DNA of 64,000 nucleotides from Trichosphaerium sp. ATCC 40318. Taxonomy: Eukaryota > Protista > Tubulinea. Of the stretch, positions 11,884-26,020 are shown one piece after another. The notes beneath the pieces are model-generated. The model was not told where the DNA came from. It was given only the letters and a program-made list of their open reading frames with translations, and did no database searches. The position numbers were made by a program, and so were the translations under genes. Each line of letters begins with the position of its first letter. The first letter of the stretch is position 1. The stretch is taken from contig JALMLS010000378.1 of the NCBI GenBank assembly GCA_038496445.1, positions 124,001 through 188,000 of the forward strand. The letters are read 5' to 3'.

Positions 11884-14800
11884 ATGAAGCGACCTTGTTG
11901 CTGTGCTTTTGTTTTTTTTATCATCGGCATACTGTTTGTTGGTGCTGGCATTGCTGCATGGTTTCTAATTAATATGCGTATAAATGCCGGTATAGACGAC
12001 GCTAATCTCGTAAGCACCGACCCTGCTGACGAGTTCAACGATTGGGTAACGACAAACAGCGAGAAGATCCCATATTTCAGACGGTTCTACATGTGGAATC
12101 TTACCAACGCTGCTGACGTAGTTTTGGGCGCAAAACCAACCTACTCTGAAATAGGGCCATATATTTACAGGTAAACTCTTTTTTTTTATCAAAAAAGTCA
12201 TTCAGGATATTCCACAGAAGACTACATCCTATTCTAACCATCATACTGACTTTTTTCTTTTTCAGGCAGTACAAAACCCGAAAAAACGTTACGTTTTCTG
12301 ATGAGGATGAGCGTGTGACGTTTAATGAACATACTGTAGTGTATTATGAGTCAGGTAAGCTTTTTCCATATTTATTTTTTCAAAATAAGCACGCGACGCC
12401 CTATGCTCACGTGTTTTTATTTAGAGTTAACTGGAGAGCACTTGAGCGAAGATGATATGATAACGAACATCAACCCGGCTTACATCGCTGTTATGCAGGC
12501 TACATCAGGTGAACAAGGTCTTGCCTTAACGCTTCAAGCTGGTGCTGCTGAGACTATTCAGAGCTTGCTCACAACAGTGTACGACTTGGAATCTTCTTAA
12601 CGTTTTTACAAAAACACTGACTTTCTTTTTAAGGTTTGTTGACATTGTTCTGGAGCAATTTTTCTCCCAATCAATGCCTGAGAACTTTGCAGGGTTTCTT
12701 GAACATATACAGAATAATTATAATATGACTTTTGAAGAAGCAGAAGCATTCGCTTTCACTCAATTTGCAAACGCTACCGACAACTACCAAAATGATCCTG
12801 CTTTTGGTGCTTGGAGGATTAGTAAAACTACTCCATCTGGTCTTAGTCTACAAATCACGAAAGATCTATGGAATTTTTCAGTACGATAAAAAAAAAAAAC
12901 TTTTGACACGTGCGCATCACATGACCCAAAAAAATTGTGCAGCTATTTTTTTTCCTTTTGTTCTGTTTTGTGGGCATGTCTTTTCCAGTGCAAGTTAAGA
13001 AACTGACTAATTGTTTCAGTTCCCTTTTTCGTTTTTTGATGACGATACAAACTCCTCTATTACGTGGTATTCTGCTTCTCAAGGTGAACCTGAAGCTAGA
13101 CAACTATTAATGTCACAGTTTCCTGGTATAACACCAGCACAATTCCAACTTGTCCTTGATTGGCGTGTCGAATTTAAAAAACTGATTACACCAGCTGCAG
13201 CTCAATATTTTGGAGTACCAGGTACGTTTAACGTCAACAACAAAACTTGACGAAGTTTCAAAAAAAAAATAAAGGGGCTCAGAGTTGCTCACTTTAAATC
13301 TTTTTTTAGAGCTTGTCGACATTGCTTATCTACAGTGGGGTAATGCATCTGTACTTCCAACAGGTGTAGCAGAATTATATGATTTACCAGGGCCTCCGGA
13401 GTTTAAACTTTGGTAAGTAAAAGCTTTTCTTTCTTTTTTCTTACATTTTGTTTCAAACAGGGCCAATGAAAGTCTTGGTGCACCAATGGAACTAACTGTT
13501 GATCAATCAAAAGCTATTCTAAATCCTGTAGCACCTGGTGTGACTACAGTAGAAGGCCTTGTGATGTACATGACCTACGTTGCGGCTGGAAATTACAGCG
13601 CAATTAACGCAACTTACGGACTCAACGCACAAGAAGCTAATGCTGTTGCGGCTTATCTTGGATACCTAAACACTACTTTCGCTTTTCCATTAGTCCAGCA
13701 AGCTTTTGCTAGTGGCGGTGGTCTATTCACAACAAGAAGTGTTAACGAATGGCTTTGGACTGGCGTCGATCCTCTTTTGACAGTTCTCGAGTTCCCTGCT
13801 CATGTTAATCTACAAGATAATGATACAACATTATTACCTCATACGATATACACTGGTACAGGTGATAAAGCGCTTATTAATGAGTACATTAAATGGGAAA
13901 ATAAGACCGAAATTCTCGTTTGGGAAGCTCCTGTTAGAGTCGGTGGTACGCTCTTTTTTTTTTTAAGTCTTGCTCTTCATATGCTTTTTCTTCTTCACCT
14001 TTACGAAGATTTTGTCTCGGGCTTAGGTTTTTGATATTAAGGTCTTTTTAGGAACAACAGATGGAACACAGTTCGCATACCCTGTTAAGGACGAAAACCT
14101 TAAAATTTTTGTTGATGAAATTTTGCGGCCTGCAACCTTTTTTGATGCTGAGGATGTAAAGCTACACGTACGTGATCACACAAAAGATTATACCTTTATT
14201 CTTGAAACGCATAAGCGAATCTTTCTGTTTTTATCACCAACTTAAGTACGATGACCTGAAATTAACCCATTGTTTTACTTAGGATATAAAATTGATAAGA
14301 TTCAAAGGCTCTGAGGAGAATTTTGCTGTTAACCCGTTATATTACCAGTATATACCCGGATTCGCTAATATGACTGTTACAAGACAAGCACCTATATTTT
14401 TCTGTCAACCACACTTTTTGCAAGTACGTACCAAAAAAAAAAATTTTGCGAACTTTCATTAGCTTTCACGTGATGATGTTTTGACATTTTATCCCAGGCG
14501 CCAGGAAACTGGACACAACGCATTAATGGTGTATCCGAACCTGAACCTGCTTTACATGAAATATCTATTGATGTAGAACCTATAACTGGTCGAGGTATTT
14601 TGTTCAAAAGTTGTTTATGAAATTTATGCGATCTCTACTTCTTTATATCCTTTCGTGTTACTGACATCAACTCCATAGCTATGCGCGTAGCAAAGAGGTT
14701 ACAAGTCAATGTGTATATTGCCCAAGATAACACGTGGTTTAACACATTCAAGTTCGTATTTCAAAAACAAACCTTGTCAACGAAAGGCGATTAATTTTCG

Positions 14801-15119
14801 TTTAGCCCAGACATGTACTTAGATGCTATGTATCCACTAATATGGGCGGAGGATGTATCTGAACTAGGAGAAGACGATGCTAACTCCTTTAAAAACACTG
14901 TATACTTGTTCAAGGTACGAAACTAACAAAGAAAACACGAAAACAACTTCATTATGTGGCGAACAATCAAAGATTTATTTTAACTTTTTTTTCTTCCAGA
15001 ATATGGCTCTTGGCCTTCTTATTTCTTGCGCGATTGTTGGAGCGATTCTGGGATTAGTGATCCCTATCATCATCTTGTTGGCTTGTCGCCGCGACGAGAG
15101 CTACGAAGTCGTACAGTAG
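11884..15119 (+). CDS. CD36/LIMP-II family lysosomal integral membrane protein, multi-exon
   Basis: N-terminal TM, FYMWNLTN...PTYSEIGPYIYR, GGLFTTRSVNEWLW.G.DPLL, GTTDGTQF, PIFSCQPHF, DVEPITG, KRLQVN, C-terminal TM and YEVV tail. Confidence 0.9.
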
Positions 15120-15690
15120 AGTTCAATAATAAACTTTCATTTTCTCACTGGCGTCCGTTTTCTTGCGTTTTGCGTCGGCTGATGTTATCAGGAAAGATCA
15201 TCCAGAGTCGATCCTTTTAAGGTCTAGTAACAACAACGTTGTATGTAATCATAGTATTACGCCTATAGAGCGTTAGACGCTGCAAATAATCGGGTTTTAT
15301 AGAAGTTTTTTGGTTTGAAAAGTTTTCAGCAGTACATGAAAGATAAATCATCAGCAAGTTGTATGCGGGACTGGTTGAATTGACATCATAATTTGAGGAG
15401 AAAACAAAAAAAAAATCAAGAAAAGGAGTAGAAACGTACTGTTTTACTGCCTTTTATAAGCTTATACACACTCTAGCGCGTTGCGCGAGCGTCAGTGTTC
15501 TAACTGGTAGTTTGTGGTAGCTTTAGTGAGGAGACATAGCCTCTAGTAGCCTTGCATTATGTTGTGGTAATCGTACGCATTGTTGCGTTGATGGTTGGGC
15601 AATAACTTAATCTGCAAACTGGTTTTTGGGTGGCAACATCTTTGTCACCCAAATTCTGTTTCTCTGTACAGCTTTCTTATTGTTTCAAAC

Positions 15691-18600
15691 ATGGCAACCC
15701 AGGCCCAGAATTGGTCTAATCGCATAGAATTCTACCTAAACGGACGCAAAGTATAACGATTCAAGTCTGTTAAACCGATTAATGTATTGTAGCGCGTTCT
15801 AACTGGTGTTAATCCAAAGGCAACGCTTCTTGAGTATGTCAGAAACGAAGAAGAGCTCACGGGCTCAAAGCTATCATGTGGACAAGTATGTCATTTACAA
15901 GACGCTTCTCTTTTTGTGTTTTTACAATCTATAGGGTGGCTGTGGCGCTTGTACAGTGACAATCACTCGATACAACAAGGATAAGGGTACGTATACATAA
16001 AAACAGAAAAATAACTAAAAAGCGACTTTCTTGTTGCCTCGTTTTTCCAAAACAACGTATTGTGTTCAACATTGTCGCATCTTTACTAAGTTTATCTGAT
16101 AAGATGAATTCGTTAATAACCCAGCAAACTCTTGCCTTATGCCTCTACTGTCTGTTGATGTACGTATTCGTGAAAAGTCACGTGGCATGATCAGTTTTTT
16201 TGCTAAAAGCAAGTTTTTATTAGGGCGCAAACGTGACAACAGTGGAAGGTATTGGTAGTAGTAAGAATGGATTTCACCCAGTACAGCAGCGCCTTGCTGC
16301 TAACAATGGTACCCAGTGCGGATACTGTACGCCAGGAATGGTAAGTCTTCAAACATACAACCACAGTGCTTGGTGCACATTAAAAAACTTTCTGGATCAT
16401 TTCGCTGTTTCGAAAACAAGCCTCTAGACAGTGTACCGCGGCTATACATCCAAAAAGAGTTTATCGTTTTTACATAACTGTCGCCATAGCGAACGATATG
16501 CGATCACTTTTCAACTACTATGTTTTTTTTTGTGTCGGCGATTTATTTCCCCTTCGCTCCGGTTTCACTATGTATCTGATTGCCTAATTTTTTAGGTAAT
16601 GTCAATGTATTCTCTACTTCAAGAGACTAAAGGAGAACCAAAACTTGATCAAATCACACGTGCTATCGATGGTAAACAAAACTTTTTTTTTGAGAATTAT
16701 TATTTCCATTGTCCGGGCAAACATTTATGCACTTCAAGGTAACATTTGTCGGTGTACTGGATATAGGCCTATATTAGACTCTTTCAATACCTTTGCTTCA
16801 GATTGTAAGAACTGTCCTTCTGTTGATATTGAAGACATAGGTACAAGTGCATAAAAAGAGAAGGAAAAATAATTTTTGTACTTAAGGCAAAAAGTATGAT
16901 AAGTACGATCACGCAACAAATGATCCTAAGCCTCCTGTGGCATTAAAATCTCACCAAGTAAGTTAAAGGATATGTTCATAGATAAAAGTTGCTTACGAGT
17001 TGTTGTAGGCAAAACCTCTTTGCTTCGAAAAAGAAGGGTTGTTCTGGTACAGACCTTTGACTTTGGAACAGGTAAGAAGAAATATCTTTTTGTTTGACTG
17101 AAAACTATTCTCTTTGGATCTTCATTGATTTAACTCTCCATGATTTAGGCTTTGTCTGTTGTAAAAGAACACAGTGATAAAGTATGCCAATTTGTTGTTG
17201 GCAACACAAAAAGAGGTACGCTCCAAAACAAAAACCTTGAACTCACACTTTTTTTTTCTCAAACTTACATTTTGTTTGTATAGGTGTCTACGGATTTGAC
17301 TCAACTGTCCGAGTATTTATTGACCTTAAGCTTATTCCAGAGCTTAATGAGATTAAAGAAACACAAGAAGCACGTGCGTGGATACTTGACAAAAGATCTA
17401 GAAATGCAATAATCTGATTTCTTTCAATAGCATCACCTTTCAAGTGCTCTTCAGGAAAACGCAAAGGTCTCGTTATTGGGGCAGCTGTATCAATCGAAAA
17501 TGCCATCAATGCCATTGAAAAACACGGTGATAGTAATCCAAATACTTTCAAGGCTATTGCAACCCATCTTCGAAGGATTGCAGGTCGTCAAGTCAGAGGA
17601 CTTGCTTCTTGGGTTGGCGGTGTTATTATGGCCAAACAAAACGTACTTAGCTTGCTTCCCTTTCATCATGGATCATCTAACTAGCTAACTAGGGATTTGC
17701 ATCTGATACTACTACTGTTTTATACGCTGCTGGTGCTGTATTGACAGTCAGTGTTGGTGGGAAAGTTGAGTAAGTCTTTTTTTTTTCTTTGTTCTTTTTT
17801 TTTTTAAATGTTTCGTTCTTGTAGACAGTATGATGTTGAGAGCTTCTTGAAGATTACTGATGATTTCTTGGTTATCAATGTTACTATTCCTTTTGCTGAT
17901 GAAGATGAATATTACTTGTCGTACAGAACAGCAATGCGTCCACAGAACTCACATGCTCTTATAAACGCTGGTTTTCGTGTTAAGCTCGATCAAGGGAAGA
18001 TTAAGGAAGTCTATATTGTATACGGTGTTGTTGATCATCATGCAAAGAGGGCAATAAATACAGAAACGTTTTTGGTAGGTTGCTTTCTATCGCAGACAAG
18101 GTTTTTTTGTTATGAACGTGACTGACTTTTTTGTTTTTTTTGGTAGGTTGGTAAAGGATTTGGTAGTAACGATACTTTGTCTGAGGCTATAACAATTTTA
18201 TCAGAAGAGATTAAACCTGAAGAAGAAAAACAGTATATTACTAGACATAAACCAGAGGGAGCTCAGGTGATGATACTTGTTTTTATTAATAATCCACAAA
18301 AAATTGTTCTGTGCATCTTTGACAAACTAATGTTGTGCTTAGGCTTACAGAGAATCTCTCGTTGTCAACTTTTTCTACAAGTTCTTTATCCACATGGCAG
18401 GTTAGTTTATTGCTATAGAAAGCTTTAGATTGCCCATTACATTGCTATGGATTAAGTTTTAATCTAGATAAAACTGCGACTGTTTCTCCAAACTTGCGTT
18501 CTGGAGCAGATGTAATCCCAAGAAAAGTTATCACTGGAAAACAAGAATTTGTTGTCCCAGAAGGACGCACTGGTTCGTATTTTTTAAATGATACTTCTAT

Positions 18601-21600
18601 TCTTAACACCTTAATCTAATACCTTTCTTTCAGCATCTCCTAAGGTAGACGCAGTATTCCAAGCTTCTGGAGAGGTATACCTACTCTTTTTTTTTTGTGC
18701 TTTTAATCTCACTTTTTTCTCAAACAGGCGCGCTTCACTACTGATCTCCCTGCGATGAGAAGAACGCTTTATGGTGCTCTAGTAGTAGGAACTAATGTTA
18801 TTGCAACAATAACAAGCATTGATACATCCCTTGCTGAGAAGTCTCCTGGGTACATCGACTTTGTTTCTGTCAGTGATATTCAAGGAAAGAACGACCTCGG
18901 ATTCTTCCCTGGTGAAGAAAAACTCTTTGCTGATGGTAAAACTGAGTCTTGCTATCAACTCATTGGTGTTGTTATTGCTGCTTCTCAGAGGGAAGCAAAT
19001 GAAGCATCAGCATTGGTGAAGATAAATTACGGTGATGGTACGCAGATACTTTAGTTTTTTGTTGGTAATTTTATACTAATGGAGTTTAGATGCGAGACCT
19101 GCCATTACCACGATTAAACAAGGTGTTAAAGAAGGATCTTTTATACCTACGGGAGAGCATAAGGTAGATAGTGGAAACGTTGATGCTGCATGGGATAAGT
19201 GTGATGATATTGTTGAAGGCGAAGTCTTGGTTGGTAAGTTTCAGCACAACTCGATGTAATATTGTCTCTGTGTCTGACTTTGTTTTAGGCTCACAAAAGC
19301 ATTTTTACATGGAAAAACAGACTGCACTCGCTACTCCAATAGAAGGAAACAAAATAACAGTCCACACTGGAACACAAACTGCAGAGCACACTAGATCTAA
19401 AGTACTTTTTTTCTACATACCATCATACTTTCTCAATAATGTCTTACTATGTTACTAGATCACAGGCGTGTTGGGTGCAGGTGAAAATGATGTCACAATC
19501 ATATGTAAACGGTACGTTTACGTTATACCACACGTGATTTACAGTACGACATAAAACTATCCGAGGTTGACTTTTCTTTTCTTTAGAGCTGGCGGCGCTT
19601 TTGGAGGTAAACTTTCAAAGCAATTGTGGTGTGCAGCTAGCGCTGCTGTAGCAGCAAGGTTAGAATCATTTTTTTAATAATAAAGGGTACTTTTGTTATC
19701 ATTGATGACTTATAGGAAACTCGGACGTCCTGTTAAAATAGCAACAGATATTTTTACAGATATGAAAATGATTGGTGGTAGATCTTCTGCTTACGCAAAG
19801 TACAAAGTTGGATTTTTGAAGACTGGAGAGATTATTGCTGCTGATTTGAAATGTTATACAAACGCTGGATGTGCAACTGACCTTACAGGGTTCATGAACG
19901 CTGAGTACGATAGCATTCTTATCTTCTAGTTATGCTTAAATCGAACGGAATTCTTATTTTTTTCTTACAGACTCTTGGAGACCCTTGATGGTGTGTATTA
20001 CATTCCAAACTTTAGAGGATATATCAATGGAGTAAAGACCGATCTACCTTCACGTACAGCAGTACGTTCATTCGGTACGTAAAGACACAATTCAACAAAA
20101 CTCTTCTGAAACCAAACTAGGTCATATTCAAGCAGTATCACTTTCTGAAACCGCTCTGATTGACTCTGTTGCTGCAAAGCTTCAGAAAACACCTGAAGAG
20201 ATCAGGGAGGTTAATATGTTCACACCTAGAAACAATGTACAAGCGAATGGACACTACCTTGGACAAGATTTTAATGTCCGTGAATTGTATTTCAAGTTGA
20301 AGAAAAAAGCAGAATACGAAACAAGAAAAGCTGCTGTTGATGATTTCAACACGTACTATTAACCTCTTAGTGCTATCTCATTTTTTCTTACTTTAAATTG
20401 CTAGGAAACATCGCTGGAAAAAACGTGGATTGTGTATGCTTGGTATTAAATATGGTGTAGGACAGCCGTCTCAAGGAGCACAAGCTCTTGTAAGTTTTGG
20501 CGTTTTTGATTGGTGAACAAGTCTTTTTTGTTGACTTTTGTTCTTTGTTTAGGTGAACATTAACGGTTCCTCTGGCTCTGTGTATGTTCATGTATCTGGC
20601 TGCGAGATTGGTCAAGGTCTTCATACAAAGGTAGCTCAAATAGTTGCACACGAACTAGGATGCAGTATTGACTGCGTACGTGAAAATAGAGGCAAAGAGT
20701 GAACACAACTTAAAGCTAGAATAGGTTGCTGTTGGTGAAACCAACACCGAAGTTGTTCCTAACGGTAAAGTAACAGGTGGTTCTACTGCATCTGAGGCCA
20801 ATGTAGCTGCTGCAAGGTAATTTTATTATTAATATAACGTCAGCTAATACGGTGCTTTAGTTTGGCTTGTATTAAGCTGAAGAAGAGTCTTCGATTCTAC
20901 AAGGAAAACCTAAGAAAAAAGCTTGAAAGAGAACCAACGTTTAAGGTGCTCATTAGACATATCCATTAATTATTTACGCATTTATCAGGAAGTTGTTGCT
21001 GCAGCTGCAGGGTCAAATGAATTGTTGAGTGCTACCTCCGTTTTCATTCCGGCAGGACGGTAATACAGGTTTTTTTTACTTCGAAAAAGCTAATTTGTGC
21101 TCTTTGTAGTGATGGACGGGAAGGTAGTAATATCTGGCGTAAGTATGCTACAGAATACTTTTGTGATGGTGTAGCTCTTTCAGAGGTAGAAGTAGATATA
21201 CTCACTGGTGAGACCGTAATCCATAGGTACGTTGTGAAACAATTTTTTTGGAAGAAATTTTGATTCAGTGGATGTTAACTTTCTTTGCTTCTCATTACAG
21301 GTCTGATATGATATATGACTCTGGTAAATCCCTTAATTCCATTATTGATATTGGGCAAGCCGAAGGGGCCTTTGTTATGGGTGTAGGCTACTTTTTAAGG
21401 TAAATTGAAATGAAAAGAATTGTTTCAAAACAACTAAACAATTCTTTATAGGGAGAATGTCTTGATCTCTCCTGAAGGCGTTCAAAATAGTGACTCAACA
21501 TGGGAGTACAAACCACCATGTTCCGACGATATACCTCTTGATTGGCGCATAGAATTATCTGATGTCGAACATAGAAAGGCACGAGATATTAAAAACCAAC

Positions 21601-21873
21601 CTCGCCAAATTCTGCTTTTTTTTTGCACGTGCAATGAGCGCTTTCAAGCGGTTGATGTTCATATTTAATGTTTAGGGCGTTCATGGTTCAAAGGCAATAG
21701 CAGAGCCACCTATGATGTTAGCATATTCAGTATATGGAGCTGTGAAAGCAGCTATAAATGCTTCAAGAAGAGAAAGAAGACGTGGTGAAAAATGGAGTCT
21801 TCCTTGTCCTATAACTGTTGACAGTGTTCAAGAAAGTTGTTCAGTTGAGAAAAGTGACTTGCAACTTTACTAA
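15691..21873 (+). CDS. Xanthine dehydrogenase/aldehyde oxidase family molybdo-flavoenzyme (probably aldehyde-oxidase-like), many introns
   Basis: 2Fe-2S motifs [31 protein letters not shown]; QKHFYME; RAGGAFGGK; EIGQGLHTK; [12 protein letters not shown]; SKAIAEPP with the catalytic Glu. Confidence 0.93.
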
Positions 21874-22312
21874 AACATGATTCATTCACAGTAAGAGAAA
21901 TAAAATAACACAGATTAAAAACAAAGAAGAAAGAAGCTATAATGTTTTTTTTTGTTGTTCTTTTTAATAAATATTTACATTGTTCTTTTAATGAGCATTC
22001 TCAGTTTTAGAAAAGCACGACTTCAATATCTTTTCTGTTTCCTGTTTGTGCCCACGCAAAAAGAAGAGAATCCAAAGCTTCTTTCTTAGTCTTTTTTTGA
22101 AACGAAAAGCCCAAAGTTAAAGCCTACAGATCACGCTTGTTTTCTACCCTTCTTTGCGCAAAAAAAAAGACAAAAAAAAAAGAATCGAACGAAAAATTAT
22201 CACTTTCAACCTTCTTTTAGTTGTCAAGTCAACCAAGCCTCAATGGAAGAAGAAAAAGAAGTACTAGGAGAGTAATAATGGTAAAAAAAGTATAAAAAAA
22301 GTCAGGTGTTTC

Positions 22313-24180
22313 TCAAATCTCCCTACTCATTGTTTCTGACTTGACAACTGTACTTCTCTTCCTCTCCATAGACTTAGAACGTCTATGTCGACCTTGATTT
22401 GAATTACGTGAAGATCTTCCACGTGAATTACGCTTATCACGTGATGATGAATCTCTTCCACGTTCAGGGCTCTTTATACGACTTCCTCCGGAGGGTGAAC
22501 TCCTTGAGCTTCTTCCACTGTGTCCATCTTCTTGGATTGAAACAATCCCTCCTCTGGCTTTCTTATAGTCAGCATATTTCTTTTTAATCTCACCACTTGA
22601 ACCTGATACGCTTCTTGACTTCTTCATCCTTGGTCTTCTAAAACTTGCTGCATTTACTGATTCTTTATCTCCATAATGCTGTCTTGAGCTTCTATTTCTT
22701 CGAAGTTCTCTTCCTTTTGTTTTTGATTTAATGAAATTTTTCATTGTTTGCATCTTTTGTTTTCTTGCTGATAGTTCGTCTTGTAGTACGTCTACCATCT
22801 TTGATAGCCTACGTGTTTGTGATTCTAATTTTACAATTCTATCATTAGCTTTTTTAAGCTTCTCTTCTAGTTCTTTCTCCCTCTCGGAGGGTCCGCTTGA
22901 AGGAGGTGCTTGCAAGTGAGATGGTTTTGGCGGTCGAACTGGTTTTTCTACTGGACGTGAAGACCCCATTCCAGCACCGGCATATTGGTTGACGAGTTCA
23001 GGGGCTATACCGCCAAAGTTTTGAGTGCTCTTTTCGGCGCTCATTGTATCAGAACCAGATTGTGCTAATAAGTCGTCTTCAAGAACATCATTATTTACTA
23101 GATAAGAGTAAGCAACAAAACCAAAAAAACCCAAAAAAAACCATAAAAAACCCCAAGCACAGGACGTACATTGTTCTCGGTCCATGTCAGCTTCAGACGA
23201 TCCTAACGTCTCATACTGCATCAGCAACGTCCATTTCTTATCTATAATAAGCGTTACTTCGTAATCGAGTTTTTTGTAAAATCCATAAAATCAGACATCA
23301 AAAACAACCAAAAAAAAAAAAATGAATGTAAAAAAAAAAAAATCACGTGCCTGTCGTTAACGTATTCGCTGCTTCCGGTGGCATTTTCATTTTTTTCTGA
23401 AAGAAAAATAAAAGTGAGTTAAAAAGCGTTTTATATAAGGATATGGTGCGTGTAGGAGCGATTTACACATGAAGGACAAGTGCACCAAAGAAAATAAAAA
23501 AGAACTTACTGCTAATGTTACAAAGAGTCTGTCAACTACATCTTTAGGTGGTATAACATCCTACATGTTGTTTTAGATCATTTTCATTGCGTTCTTGAGC
23601 TATCAAGCCAAAAAAAATACAGAAATTTCTGTTTTTGCCGCTGATGTAGCTGTTGCGTCTACATATTATTGCGCTATAACCAGCTGGTAAAAAAATATTT
23701 TAACGAAGTTATCTAATTGATATTTTGGCTACTCGGCTCCTTTTGTGCTAAACTACTATCGTAAAGGTACCTGTTCTTCAACGATACTAATTCGGTTGAA
23801 TCCACCTGCAGGATAAGATGCTTTATGGCTCGATTTGCCATTTGTGTTTTGTGGTGGCGCTGACGCACGCATGCTGTACATGCTATGGGGTCGTAGGTCC
23901 TTCTGTTGGTGGACGGGAATAAATTTGCCAGAAGTATTTTCGTTGCTACGTGCCATAGCCGGAGGCATGGTAGACTGTTTAGAGAGTAAGCTAATCAAGT
24001 ATTTTGTAGAATTACAATTACACGTTTCATATTAGGCGCAGGAGGCTTTAACATCGTTGGCATTGAGTCTGAGCGTTTTCTTTGATGCCCGCGAGCCCGG
24101 TGGTTAGCGCCTATTCTGACTGGGACCCAAGGTGATTGAGGCTGCGCCTCATCAATAGTTTCCATCGCTGGTGACGCCAT
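22313..24180 (-). CDS. Low-complexity/coiled-coil protein with an N-terminal formin GBD (Drf_GBD)-like segment, multi-exon
   Basis: Spliced DVIPPKDVVDRLFVTL-KKMKMPPEAANTLTTDKKWTLLMQYE, then a coiled coil (ELEEKLKKANDRIVKLESQ...) and an R/S-rich tail. Confidence 0.55.
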
Positions 24181-24770
24181 TTAATGGGTTCTTTGATGGG
24201 TAGTTTTTACTAAAAGCCGCAAAGGAGAATGTGATCCCCATGTGACAGTTAAATACACTCACAACGAAAGCACACGATATCGATTGTAGCTAAAGCTGAA
24301 ATAAAATAATATGAGATGTAATTGGCAATTTCTTGTGGAATTGATCATCCGGTACCACGGAAATCCCGAAACGGAGAACATGATAAAGTTTGTCTGTTCT
24401 CAACTAAATGTATTTTTACACCTATTACATCCATGTGGTTACTACAAACTTACTTTCAAGAACATTTTAAGTCCCAAGTTCATTACAGCGATATTATTAT
24501 TAGTTCTTAACTTTTCTAGTGTTCCTGATTAAAGCAACCATGCAAAAATAGTGTCATTTGTAGGCACATTACTTTGTAGATGCCCCAACACTGAGAAGCA
24601 TAGACAGAGCTATTGAATTTTGATTAACACAAAACGTATCTTTATTTTGTTGGATCAAAACTTGAGATGTTCCATACTGTTCTATGTTTCAGAAAAAAAA
24701 AAAAGCAATAAAAAAGTGAATAACAGGGTCTGTAAACATGGTTAATATTGTATTGAACTACAAATAGTTT

Positions 24771-26020
24771 TTAATCCTTTATGAAAGTAGCTGTCCATTC
24801 GTCAAGTGACATTTTGTCACCAGCTACATCCTTGAGAGCACATTTCATCCATTGGCCAGACTTTAACAAGTATTTAACACCTGCTTCAGTAAGGCGTTCA
24901 CGGAGTTCTCTATCGGAAGTAGCAACGAGTGTTGAAGGGCAAAGGGCGCTGTTTCTTTCTGCCCAGGCTACTAAAGCATCATCTGCAATCTTGTAATGAG
25001 GCATACAACCTAGCAATGAGATAACCGCCCCGTTTTGTAATCTAAGAACAAAATAAGAATGAATCCAGAAAAGTTCTTGTACGACGTACGTTTCAGTTCT
25101 TTGGGTGCATTTTCCATCAAATAATACAGTAACGTTACGGAGGTTTGGATGTACCATAGCGAACTGTTTTGCCATTTGGTAGAAAGCATCCTCAACTTGT
25201 TTTTTGCCACCTCTTCCGCCTCTGATGAACTTGTTTCGAAGGGTCTTTGTGATGAAAGCCATATTGTTTGCATCCAATAAAAGGTGCGTCACATCTTGAG
25301 GAAACTGGTATGGCTCTTCTGAATCGCTACAAAAAGAATTAGAACAAAAACTGAAATCATAGAAACTCGTGAGAGACTCATACCTTGATTCATTGTCATT
25401 TGTATCCATTTCATCAAATTGCTTCTTCCTGCGTTTGTCTTCACGTTTGTGTTTTCTATGTTTATGCCCTTTATCATCCGAGAAGCGTTTACGTTTGAGG
25501 TCTCTCTTTTCTTCACGTTTTTGTAGGCGCCATGCTTTGTGTTCGTCCATGTCGTTGATGAGTTGTTGAAGGTTCCCTGTGTACCCTGTTTTAATCATGG
25601 TATTCAAGCAAGGTTTCCATCTGTTGTATCCTAGAGCTTGTAGCTGCAACAAAGCTTCTATCCATTGTTCTTCCTGACCTTCTGGAACGCGGTTGAAGAA
25701 ACGAGGGCATGTTTTGATTCTGCTAACAAGTTCTGCGTCTTCTGGAGTATGAACAGATAGTTGAAGATTGCTTATAGGCTGCAAAGTTTGTAGTTTTAAG
25801 TTTCCTCCATGCTCAGCTGAGCACGTGATAGATAACTACATCGATGTAAGTATGTTATTATAACTATTAGAAAGCGCACCTGTTGAGCTGTATCATCAGT
25901 ACTTTGGACACCACAAGCATTAAGAATATTGCTTAAAGTTGCTTGTACGTTATCTTTGTTAATATCAAAGTCTAATGTCACTCTGGTTGTATGGGTTGAT
26001 TGTTCTGTTGTTGGTTCCAT
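24771..26020 (-). CDS. UBA-like + YacP/Rae1-type NYN (PIN-fold) putative RNase, multi-exon
   Basis: LLQLQALGYNRWKPCLNTMIKTGYTGNLQQLI (UBA-like), basic linker, then LLLDANN, VLFDG, ADDALV, VATSDREL acidic PIN/NYN motifs. Confidence 0.7.

Noticed and set aside
17370-17430. Possible fourth GC donor (GCACGT) in XDH/AO
   Set aside because: The GTGCGT donor at 17374 gives the correct phase with the acceptor
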